Shown here: positions 1 through 9,149 of the stretch, piece by piece
How positions within the stretch are numbered: the stretch's first letter is position 1
Layout of the letters: every line of letters begins with the position of its first letter
NCBI GenBank assembly: GCA_013115145.1
Contig: JAAPAO010000055.1
Location: 1 to 64,000, forward strand
Reading direction: 5' to 3'
DNA from: Perkinsus chesapeaki ATCC PRA-425
Taxonomy: Eukaryota; Protista; Perkinsozoa
Length of the DNA: 64,000 nt
Made by a program: the position numbers and the translations under genes
Notes under the pieces: model-generated
Seen by the model: the letters and a program-made list of their open reading frames with translations, nothing else
What the model was told of the DNA's origin: nothing
The model's database searches: none

Positions 1-113
1 CGTCAATGAGGTGAAAGCAGTGGAGTGTAGAAGTTGGAGGATGTGACGTTTTTACCCATTTAATTTCTGGACGTTTTTGTCGGGGCACGCTATTTAGATA
101 TAGATAGAAGGCC

Positions 114-1439
114 ATGAGCGATACCACAGACGCTACTGAGCTCGACGACCTCGAGGTCGGAGAGTCCCTAGAAGATGGGGAAACAAGAACCTCAGAAGAT
201 GTCAGCTGGGAAGGGGAGACGAAAAAGGCGAAAGAGCCTCCTAAAGCTTCCTGGTTCCTGCTGCTTCAATTCTGCATTTATGGTTTCGTTGCTTTGGCCC
301 CGTGGAACTTCATCCTCACTGACTTGGTATATCTTACCAGCAAGTTCCAACACAACTTCAGTTCGACCATTTCTATCTACTACGGTTTGGCTGTTAACGT
401 GGCGCAGCTTTGCATTATCTTCTACGGCAATAAGTTCACCTTTGCTCCCCGTTTCGACGTTGGCTGTAGTCTCCTGGCTATATTCAACATCTGTCTAGCC
501 ATTGTCGCTATGACCGTCGGAGTTGACGATCCTTGTCCCAATACAGACCTCGGCAACGCTCTCGGTATAGTATGTGTAATCCTACTCGCCTTTGGTCATG
601 CCATTATGGAATCCACTGCATTTGGTCTGGCCGCTCTCTGCCCCAAAGCCTGTATGAACTGGGTTATGGTCGGTGAGGGTATCGCAGGTGTTCTTGGCTG
701 GCCTTTGCTGGAACTATTTGACTGTATTTTCCAGAGTGTGCGTCGTAAGGATGAGTGGGTATGTTTGGTATTTTTTGCGATAACATCTATTCTGACACTT
801 CTAGCTATGCCTATGTTCCGCCACGTAACATCTAAAGACCCGCTGATCAAGAGTGCTCTAGAAGTAGAGGATAGTAGGAAGCAAGCTGGCAGTCTCAAGG
901 TTCGTCAGACCAGACGTCCGGTTTGGAAGATTCTCAAAGACCTAGCGCCTATGGCCTTCTGTGCCTGGTCAGTGTTAACGATAACATTTATATGCTTTCC
1001 TGCCCAGTCCACATTGTGGCAGTCCAAAAAAGGAACGCAAGAGGCGACGAACAAGTTCATTCCTTTAGTTACCTTTGTATTTCAAGTCGGTGATACTATT
1101 GGCAGATTCGCCCCTAATTTGGGCATTGCTGTTTCTGAGAAGTTTCTCATTGCTATAGCCCTTGGGCGCTCTATATTCATCCCCCTATTTATTTGTACAA
1201 CGTTATACCCTACAGTGAAGCCGTTTTACTGGAATTGGTTCAAGCATGTGGAGATGTTCATATTCGCTTTGACCAATGGACTCTGCGCGACTCTCTCGAT
1301 GATGTATGGACCACAACGTGTACCGTCTGACGAAGCAGAGCAAGAAGTCGCTGGTTACACGATGGGCTTCTCGCTCATAGACGGCATATTCATCGGTGGC
1401 TTGCTTGGAACCGCAGTCGTAGCAGGGTTAGGAGAATAA
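114..1439 (+). CDS. ENT: Equilibrative nucleoside transporter, copy 1 (intronless)
   Basis: 441-aa ORF with a hydrophilic N-terminus and about 11 hydrophobic segments; ENT-family motifs LAPWNFI, FQVGDTIGR, FALTNG. Confidence 0.93.
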   Translation: MSDTTDATELDDLEVGESLEDGETRTSEDVSWEGETKKAKEPPKASWFLLLQFCIYGFVALAPWNFILTDLVYLTSKFQHNFSSTISIYYGLAVNVAQLCIIFYGNKFTFAPRFDVGCSLLAIFNICLAIVAMTVGVDDPCPNTDLGNALGIVCVILLAFGHAIMESTAFGLAALCPKACMNWVMVGEGIAGVLGWPLLELFDCIFQSVRRKDEWVCLVFFAITSILTLLAMPMFRHVTSKDPLIKSALEVEDSRKQAGSLKVRQTRRPVWKILKDLAPMAFCAWSVLTITFICFPAQSTLWQSKKGTQEATNKFIPLVTFVFQVGDTIGRFAPNLGIAVSEKFLIAIALGRSIFIPLFICTTLYPTVKPFYWNWFKHVEMFIFALTNGLCATLSMMYGPQRVPSDEAEQEVAGYTMGFSLIDGIFIGGLLGTAVVAGLGE

Positions 1440-1829
1440 CAGTTAAATGGATTAGATCCTTTATTCCTTTGTTCCTCCATACGAAACCTTTCTACGTGTT
1501 CTTCCTGTTGTCTAGTAAGTATCATTCAGTTTCATCATCACAATAATAATGACGACAATCGATATTATCATGTTTTGCGTTAAATTAAGAGTTTGCAGAT
1601 ATGCTGTTAAACCGTAGACGCTGAAAAAATGAATGCCGGACGCGATACAATTTGAACGATTTCTCAGTGTGGTGTGATGACTAGTAAGGTTTGGATTCTG
1701 CCACATGAGCCATTCGAGAATCACACCAAGTGTTATGACATCACGAATAACTCGATTCGAATAGAGTGCAACGTTGTTGGCGGAGATGGCGAAAGTGTCG
1801 CCGCTTTAGTTCGAGAAAATTAAAAATAC

Positions 1830-1900
1830 ATATGCCCAGAATCGAACCCGGGGTTGTTTGGATCGTGGTTCACTTCTCCTCCCCGCTGCGCTATGACGGA
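1830..1900 (-). pseudogene. tRNA-derived remnant / SINE-like head
   Basis: Minus strand reads TCCGTCA-TAGCGCAGCGG (A-box-like) ... CCCCGGGTTCGATTCTGGG (B-box-like) at tRNA spacing, but the acceptor and anticodon stems do not pair. Confidence 0.35.
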
Positions 1901-2014
1901 ACAAAGTTGTAGACATTTGGCTTACACTGATTAGCTATTTCGTGCAATCTGCAAGTATTTCAGCTGCCCAAAAGACCCTTTAATTGGTCTAACAGGCCCT
2001 TCCTTCTTGTCAAG

Positions 2015-3343
2015 ATGTCAACCGATGTTAGACGACGCTCGACTATCACTGAGATCCGTGAAATGCAGGGATTGGATGCTCCGTCGAAGAAGACCAGCGA
2101 GGCATCCTCGATAAGTTCCGAGAAGGAAAAAGAAGCTCCACCGGTCACATGGACCCTGCTGCTTCAATTCTGCATCTACGGTTTTGTTGCTTTGGCACCG
2201 TGGAATTTCATCCTTACCGATTTGGTGTATTTAGACAGTAAATTCGAGCACGGCTTTGGTTCTACGATATCTATCTTCTATGGTTTGGCTGTCAACGTGG
2301 CACAGCTCTTTATTATATTCTTTGGTAATAAATTCACATTCGCCCCGAGGTTTGATTGGGGCTGCGGTATCCTAGCGGTCTTCAACGTCCTATTGGCGGT
2401 TGTGGCTATGACTATTGGTACTGATAACCCCTCCACTAACACAGGGCTTGGTAACGCTCTCGGTATAGTATGTGTAATCCTACTCGCCTTTGGTCATGCC
2501 ATTATGGAATCAACTGCATTTGGTCTGGCCGCCCTCTGCCCCAAAGCCTGTATGAACTGGGTCATGGTCGGTGAGGGTATCGGTGGTGTCGTTGGTTGGC
2601 CGATTCTTCTGCTTCTCAACGTCATCTTCGATGCTGGTCACGTGGAGCGCCGAGACGAGTGGGTGTGCTTCGTGTTCTTCGCTCTCACTTCTGTTGTAAC
2701 TTTGGCTGTCATTCCGATGTTCCGCATGGTGACTTCTAAGCACCCCCATATGAAGTTCGTGCTAGCGGTTGAGAAGGACAGGAACAAGTCTGGCTCGCTG
2801 AAGGAGCGACAAACCAGGCGTCCGGTCTGGGAGATCCTTAAGGATGTTGCACCGATGGCCTTCTGTGCTTGGTCTGTCCTCACCATCACTTTCATTTGCT
2901 TCCCATCCCAAACGATGAAGTGGCAGGCTCAAGGCGGCACACAAGACGCTAATAACAAGTTCATACCGATGGTCACCTTTACGTACCAAATCGCCGATAC
3001 CGTCGGCAGATTCTCACCAAATGTCGGGTTAATGATCCCACAAAAGCCGCTCATTGGAGTCGCTCTAGGAAGGGCCTTATTCATACCTCTATTTATTTGC
3101 ACCGCCCTCTATCCCACGGTGAAGCCGTTCTACTGGGACTGGTTTAAGCACGTAGAAATGGTGTTCTTCGCTATCACCAATGGCTTAACTGCCACCTTGT
3201 GTATGATGTACGGGCCTCAAAGGGTACCCGCGGACAAGGCCGAGCAAGAGGTCGCCGGTTATGCTATGGCTTTCTCCCTTATCAATGGTATATTTATTGG
3301 TGGTTTACTTGGTACATTGACTGTATTCTGTTTAGGTGAATAA
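2015..3343 (+). CDS. ENT: Equilibrative nucleoside transporter, copy 2 (tandem paralog, intronless)
   Basis: 442-aa ORF collinear with and highly similar to 114-1439. Confidence 0.93.
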   Translation: MSTDVRRRSTITEIREMQGLDAPSKKTSEASSISSEKEKEAPPVTWTLLLQFCIYGFVALAPWNFILTDLVYLDSKFEHGFGSTISIFYGLAVNVAQLFIIFFGNKFTFAPRFDWGCGILAVFNVLLAVVAMTIGTDNPSTNTGLGNALGIVCVILLAFGHAIMESTAFGLAALCPKACMNWVMVGEGIGGVVGWPILLLLNVIFDAGHVERRDEWVCFVFFALTSVVTLAVIPMFRMVTSKHPHMKFVLAVEKDRNKSGSLKERQTRRPVWEILKDVAPMAFCAWSVLTITFICFPSQTMKWQAQGGTQDANNKFIPMVTFTYQIADTVGRFSPNVGLMIPQKPLIGVALGRALFIPLFICTALYPTVKPFYWDWFKHVEMVFFAITNGLTATLCMMYGPQRVPADKAEQEVAGYAMAFSLINGIFIGGLLGTLTVFCLGE

Positions 3344-4025
3344 TAGTAGCATTATGTATGTACACGTCAAATTATTACTTATCAATTCCCACTCAACGTT
3401 CGAACAATTTCCCCTCCCAGACAGTTGATCAGTGTTGAGTTTTACCCTCAATAGTGAAACCTGTCAGAGGCGGGGAGATTGGCGTGCGTTGGTCTTCTCG
3501 TCTTTATTTGTATTGGGAAGCACGAGTGCTTGGAGATACACTTCAAGCCGGAGTCGGTTCCTCATTTGTCTATTTGTGTTGCCTCAACTGTCCTTGCGAG
3601 ATACATTGTATATCTGCATTTGAATCATTAGGCAGTCGCGCCGGTCTTTGTAACCAACTTGGCTCAACTTTGTGGTGAATTACACCATTTTTCATGCCAT
3701 GGTCTTCACCTGTGTTTGTAATTAATGCTACTGGTACAAACAGAGACTTACCCAACACGAAATGTGCTTGTCATTTTTCTTGCGTACCACCTGTTTACTA
3801 TTAAAGTGTTAAATCCGCCTTCCTTCATTAACGTAACCACAACAAAGGCAGATAACGGGAAACCTCTCCCTATTATAGTGAGACACGTTATGCATGGTTG
3901 ACAGTCGATACACGCAGCAGAAATAGGATATACAAATGACATACATGCGTATGCTGTTCAAAGGAAAGTCCAAACGGACCACCTCGATCCGAAAAACTCT
4001 TGAAGATAGTTCAAAATGAAAGCTG

Positions 4026-5331
4026 TCACTTAGTTCGACAGCTTTCGGCCATGGTGTGGTACTCCTTGCAAGTGTCGTAACCCATACTCTTGGAAAACGC
4101 CTCGCCATAGAAGCATCTCGACCATTTAAAATCATGGACGGCAAACGGCGTGTCGGGATTAAAGAGGGCTGCATGACGAGCTGGCGTCATGTACTAATTA
4201 AAATACAATGAACCCTACAGAACGGACACACTTACTCCTTTGACGGGGTCCTGCATTATACGGTCCATTTCTGTTAGAATGTTCCACATATACTCGACAC
4301 CTCCTGATGCTCCTGGACCATCGTGTGCGCAGAAGGAAAGCTTCCCGCAGCCACGGCCCATCTTGCAGGAGGCCTAACAAGAGACTATCCACAGCAACGA
4401 GTGAAACAGAAAGGAAACTTGCCTCGACCATAACAGTAATTTTGGCGTGTGGAAAGTAGTCCTTTTTAAGGCAGTCAGCGCACTGTGCGGTGAGCATCCA
4501 GTGCATTCGATTAACAATATTAGAATCTTCATGGTACCTGACATGACCTCAAAAACCTTACCACACATTGACCACGTACTTGCCGGTGGGGTCAATTATA
4601 TAATTACGATACAACATCATCAATGCCGAGTCGGCGTGCTCCATAACGTACCGCGTGCCTTCCTCATCCTCGGCACCTTGAATGGTCGATTGTAGCAAAA
4701 CCGAGCCGGTCGGATACCCTCGTTTTGAGGAAAGACGCGACTTCATATTCTTTGCCTCAATTAGGGCACCGCGGACAAGTTTCGGATCGACATGCTCAAC
4801 ATCAAAGCTTAAACCAATGGGCATGATCTCTTTAATGGTCTTAGCATCGACGAAGTCGCCGAGCCACCGCTCGAAGGTACCGACGAACTCCTTCATTTTA
4901 TTGCCATTGGCCTCGACAACGTCACCGTAAGTCATCCACAGCACCCGTGAACCAGCGCCAGGCAACCGACGGAACAATCGAGCAAACTGCAATAGATTCT
5001 CCGGCTCGGCTATCTTCAACCAATTAGAGTAGTCAGCGATGTTAATGTACACGTCACCACAGTTCCATTTCATACCAGCATCCGACTCTATGAAGTTGAG
5101 GAGGTTCTTGTTACCATGGCGCCAGAAAGACTGGTCCCAAGAGTAAGTTCCGAGGTTCTTGCCCTTGCAAGCGCCCTGTGAAGTAGAGCTACCACCGGTC
5201 TTGGGAGCGGGTGTCGTCGTCGACTTCGATTGGTTCATAATGCCCCTGAGGATCTTTTCGGCCGCCTCGGGGTCACAACCTTGCATGACAACGGACAGTA
5301 TCAATATGGACGTTAGAGTGACAAAAAGCAT
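4026..5331 (-). CDS. Secreted protein with glycoside-hydrolase-like TIM-barrel motifs (spliced)
   Basis: Signal-peptide-like start MLFVTLTSILILSVVMQGC at 5331 and a long first exon (GLSFDVEH, DSALMMLYRN). Downstream exons read CADCLKKDYFPHAKITVMVEA and ...SRCFYGEAFSKSMGYDTCKEYHTMAESCRTK*, with TGA at 4026-4028. Internal junctions are inferred. Confidence 0.6.
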
Positions 5332-5554
5332 GTGAGAGCTATATGAACAGAGAATACTGAATGAAGCAGCGATAATATAATAGCGACAATAGATAATGCG
5401 CTCTACCGGGGACATCCTTTGTGTGCGCAATTTCATCCCCATCAGCACCCACCGGTGGTTTTCGATATCTGCCGTTGTAAATATCGCTCGCCCGGATGAT
5501 CGATACCGCTTCCCTTGGCTATACCTGGACCTTAAGGAGGACCGAACAGTCACC

Positions 5555-6232
5555 ATGGTAAGTCGGGACTAAAAGGACATACCGCATCCTTGTTGTGATG
5601 GTTTCAACGTCGACGTTGATATCCACTAAATGCCAATTGTTATGTTGTTTTTGTGTATAGGTTGTTAAGACCGAGCTTTGCAGTTATACGGAGTTCCGTG
5701 TGTACCCCGGACACGGCCAGCGCTTCGTCGCCAAGGACGGGAAGGTATTAGGGGAGCTCCTCGCCCTTCCGTCTTCGCCACTGCAGCTGTTATCTGTTAT
5801 TGTCAGACTCATTTCTTCTTCAACTCCAAGGCCGCTTCGCTGTTCATGCAGCGAATCAAGCCCGTCAAGTTGACTTGGACTGAGAAATGGCGCCGTCTCA
5901 ACAAGAAGGTCAGGACCACCGAGGTAATCATGATATTTGAGAATCTCTTTATGTATAGTGCTATCGCCGATTAGGTCGCCCGCAAGAAGACTCGTCGTAC
6001 CGTGAAGGTCCAGAAGGCCATCATGGGTCTCTCTTTGGAGGACTTCCATAAAAAGAAGTCTGAGCGTACTCAGCTTCGTAAGGAGGCTGATGCCAAGAGG
6101 GCCGCCGAGCTCAAGGAGAAGGAGAAGGCCAAGGCCACTCGCGCTGCTTCCAAGACCGCCAAGCATCAGGATAAGCCTGTTGCCGCCAAGCAGCCCAAGC
6201 AGAAGCAGTCTCGTACTGGCAAGAGGTTCTAA
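5555..6232 (+). CDS. RPL24: 60S ribosomal protein L24 (eL24), 4 exons; first exon is the ATG only
   Basis: ATG|gtaagt. The spliced product reads MVVKTELCSYTEFRVYPGHGQRFVAKDGKTHFFFNSKAASLFMQRIKPVKLTWTEKWRRLNKK...GKRF*, and all introns are GT-AG and keep the frame. Confidence 0.95.
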
Positions 6233-6388
6233 GCAGCACGGCTCCGAGTCAACTATTGCATCTGAAGTTGAGGGGTAGAGCACGGTCTTCTACAACAACA
6301 ACCAGCAGCAACTGAGCTGTCTCCTTGGTGACACTTGTGTGCTTGTGATGAGTGTATTAATAGAAGGGAAGTGGTGATCAAGATGATG

Positions 6389-6490
6389 CTCAGTGATGAT
6401 AACACATTCCGAGGGACATGTGGTACTTAGTGCATCTTGCACGGTCCACTTCCGTGACCATACTATTGAAAGTCATAGTTACTCTGAGAG
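6389..6490 (+). ncRNA. Box C/D snoRNA, snR63/SNORD46(U46)-like
   Basis: C box GTGATGA 6393-6399, D box CTGA 6484-6487, terminal CTC/GAG. Guide GTCATAGTTACT (6472-6483) is complementary to conserved LSU rRNA AGUAACUAUGAC; the D+5 rule gives the A equivalent to yeast Am2256. Confidence 0.85.
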
Positions 6491-6508
6491 CAATAGCAAC
6501 TGATAAGC

Positions 6509-6599
6509 CGCCGTTGATGATAATTCCATTAAGACATTCAGATTAATGAGCGACAAGATGTCGCCGTGAAATCATTTTCCAGCACTGGGCTCTGAGGCG
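6509..6599 (+). ncRNA. Box C/D snoRNA, snR76/SNORD88-like
   Basis: Terminal stem CGCC/GGCG, C box TTGATGA 6514-6520, D box CTGA 6592-6595. Guide AGCACTGGGC is complementary to LSU GCCCAGUGCU (D+5 equivalent to yeast Cm2197); internal hairpin GCGAC/GTCGC. Confidence 0.85.
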
Positions 6600-6618
6600 T
6601 TGAAAAACTTGTCTGCTC

Positions 6619-6755
6619 AGCACGGAGCGTGCAAGGTTGCCTCGGTGTTTGTCCCGTGGCAGCTATCGGTCTTGGACCGACGTGCTACACAAAATGCCAT
6701 ATGAAGACCCATGGGCTGCTACAGTGCTCTCTGTGGATAATGCTTGGCAATAAGT
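6619..6755 (+). ncRNA. Candidate structured RNA (possible H/ACA snoRNA)
   Basis: Hairpin closed by AGCACG/CGTGCT, then ACACAA (fits the H box ANANNA) at 6687-6692, then a second hairpin TGCCA/TGGCA followed by ATA at 6750-6752. It fills the gap between two C/D snoRNAs. Confidence 0.35.
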
Positions 6756-6775
6756 TATAGTCTTTAAGGGCATCC

Positions 6776-6866
6776 TGTCGATGATGATTGTTCCACAGTG
6801 TACTTTTTATCGCTGAGCTCCCTTTGGGAACTTCATGCTGTAAGTGCGAACGGGCGGACTGAGACA
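6776..6866 (+). ncRNA. Box C/D snoRNA, snR70/SNORD43(U43)-like, copy 1
   Basis: Stem TGTC/GACA, C ATGATGA 6781-6787, D' CTGA 6813-6816, D CTGA 6859-6862. Guide ACGGGCGG(A) is complementary to SSU CCGCCCGU (D+5 equivalent to yeast Cm1639 / human Cm1703). Confidence 0.85.
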
Positions 6867-6882
6867 CAAAATGCCCAAGGCA

Positions 6883-6955
6883 GCATCGTGATGATAAATA
6901 TTATGCTCATCAACTGATATCTTTGATGATTCAATCATCCTAACGGTCTGAATGC
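6883..6955 (+). ncRNA. Box C/D snoRNA, orphan (target not recognised)
   Basis: Stem GCAT/ATGC, C GTGATGA 6888-6894, D' CTGA 6914-6917, C' TTGATGA 6923-6929, D CTGA 6948-6951: all four boxes match consensus. Confidence 0.8.
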
Positions 6956-6970
6956 GTCTTCGAAAATGCT

Positions 6971-7060
6971 AACCGATGATGATTGTTCCAACAGTGTACT
7001 TAATAAACCTGACATTCTCCGGAGTGTATGGTGATAAGTGCGAACGGGCGGACTGAGGTT
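6971..7060 (+). ncRNA. Box C/D snoRNA, snR70/SNORD43(U43)-like, copy 2
   Basis: Stem AACC/GGTT, C ATGATGA 6976-6982, D' CTGA 7009-7012, D CTGA 7053-7056. Same TAAGTGCGAACGGGCGGA-CTGA 3' end as copy 1. Confidence 0.85.
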
Positions 7061-9149
7061 GTACGGGTTGACATTTAATTACTACTACCGTCGAACGCAA
7101 TAGAGAATATGGTGAAACCAGCCATGGTGACGAGTTGTGGCGAGTTGTGCAATCACAAGTGAAATGTTTTAGAGACAAAGTACATATATTGGTGATACAA
7201 TATATTTTGATCATACCGCAGTTAGCTGATGATGATGATGTTGTCGTTATTGTTCCAGAGTTGGCGAAGTAAGTGCTGCAAGCCGTGGACCGACAGCTTT
7301 ATATCAGGTAGAGTAGCAGCACTGGAATATGATCACAAGGACTCACCCTGCAAATTAGACTATCAAAATATTACAAATAAAAAGCAAAAAAGCTAATACA
7401 CCATACACGACTTTGTTGATGACGGTTGACTATTGGAGCTGAATAGTTGGTATAAAAAATGGGGCAATGAGAGCTGCACTCCGGCTCCCGAATAATGAAA
7501 GTGACATTGATTACAGTCGCTGACTCCAGAGAGAGACATAAAATAATGTCGTTACGAAAAGCAGCACATTCCATAGGTACAACATGCTACCGTTAATGAC
7601 AATGATGATGATGAGACCCAGAGTACAGCGACATCACGCTCTTCAAAAGTCCGATAAGAGGCTCCCGTTGGTGCCGATAAAGCAGGTGATCTCACAATGC
7701 ATCATCGCCGCCAAGAACGGACGCGAGGTTAGAGGCTGCCCTTGTCAAGAACTGAGGAAGAATGCTAGTAAGATCATGAGGAGGATGATGATGATGATCG
7801 GGAAGATTATTGAACGAGTCCTACTGTTAAGGACGGGCTGGTGGTTATAATACAATCCAGTATTCGACAACCGGTTTCAAAACTGCCACCCCAGATGGCT
7901 GCGATCACGGCACACCTAAGCAGCAGCATCAGTGCTACCAGACCGACGGGTGGCCGCCAGATGTTGCTACCTTATCACGCACTCGATGAGCACTCGTGGG
8001 GCATCAACGCTGGAATCACCTTCAGCGATTTCAGCGGCTACATCTGCATACAAGCTGCGGGAGATAAATTATACGAATAATGTTAAAGTGTGGTACCCGA
8101 ACGCAAGATCAAATCTGCCAACAGATTCACAGCCCTCTGCAACCGCAAAGCTCTCTGATGTTGAGGGCGCACCTGACGAAAATGCAGCTCCTAGGATTCG
8201 AACCTGTGCCGGAATCCCCTCCTACCACCGGTGAACTCGTCAAGCAACTTCATAGCGGTTATCATCTTCTTACTGAACATGAGCGCCGATGTGTCCCTGA
8301 CGCCAGTTGGCGAGCAGGTAGAATCCACACCGGACTGAAAACATAAGGGTTGAACTATCAAAAACCAGTACGGTGTTAGAGGAAATTTTCACAAGTAAAT
8401 ATTTTCTGGAGCGACTTTCACGCCGACGAGCATGATATATTATGTCGGCTCCCAAGCGACCAAAGCAGTTGTGACTTCTATCATCGTCTCGTTGTTAGTG
8501 ATCTCTCTCTAGTGTTATCAACGACTTGTCCAAAGTGTCACTTCCAACAAGTCAGGAAACCAGCAAGCACGCTGAAGCTGCAATTTGAAGAAATCAACCG
8601 CTAGGCAGGCCGGAGGTAGAAAGGGTCCACGAGAGCACCCCAGACGCCGGCTTACCGGCGATTCTGAGGTGCCGAGAGACATAGGAGATACCATGGGGAC
8701 TGCGGGCAGCACAGCAGAAAGGTCACTGGTGTGCGCCTCCCATGAGTCATCGTATCGTCTCGGAGATTGGACCGACAGGGAAGCGGTAGATCTTGACGAT
8801 CTTGGTTGGTCTTTCTGCGCAAATGGTTGACTCGGTCTGGGAGACGTGCTCGTCTCTGACGGCGGTGGCTTCCAGCCACAACGTACGACATACAGTACAA
8901 GTGACGACTCAAATGGTGATGTTATACTGAAACAAAGACATTCGAATATTCCACTAACTCCGAGGCAGCTCTCACCAACGGTCCTTATTATGAACTATTT
9001 TTATGCCTACCACTCCTTCATCATCATCAAGTGGTGGCAATACGGAGCTCGTCTGCTCAGGCCAACAAACGGTAATGTTCGATAACACCTGATGATCAAC
9101 GGGGCATGAAATAACACCCGCCGCAGTGTGACGAAATACCACGCCCACT

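Noticed and set aside
5332-5556. N-terminal 75 aa of the 332-aa minus ORF 4558..5556
   Set aside because: It overlaps the RPL24 start and promoter; the signal peptide begins at the Met at 5331.
5684-6283. 199-aa minus-strand ORF
   Set aside because: Antisense shadow of RPL24.
7122-7300. Further C/D-like candidates (GTGACGA 7127 with CTGA 7226; a degenerate U43-like copy from about 7230)
   Set aside because: No terminal stem, imperfect boxes, and the guide match to SSU is imperfect; possible relics only.
7411-7525. TTGATGA...CTATTGGAG-CTGA with a 9-nt match to SSU CUCCAAUAG
   Set aside because: Short guide, no terminal stem for a full-length unit; within chance expectation.
7560-9080. Coding-like fragments, possible retroelement relic
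   Set aside because: Frames are interrupted and no RT, integrase or other domain motif could be supported.
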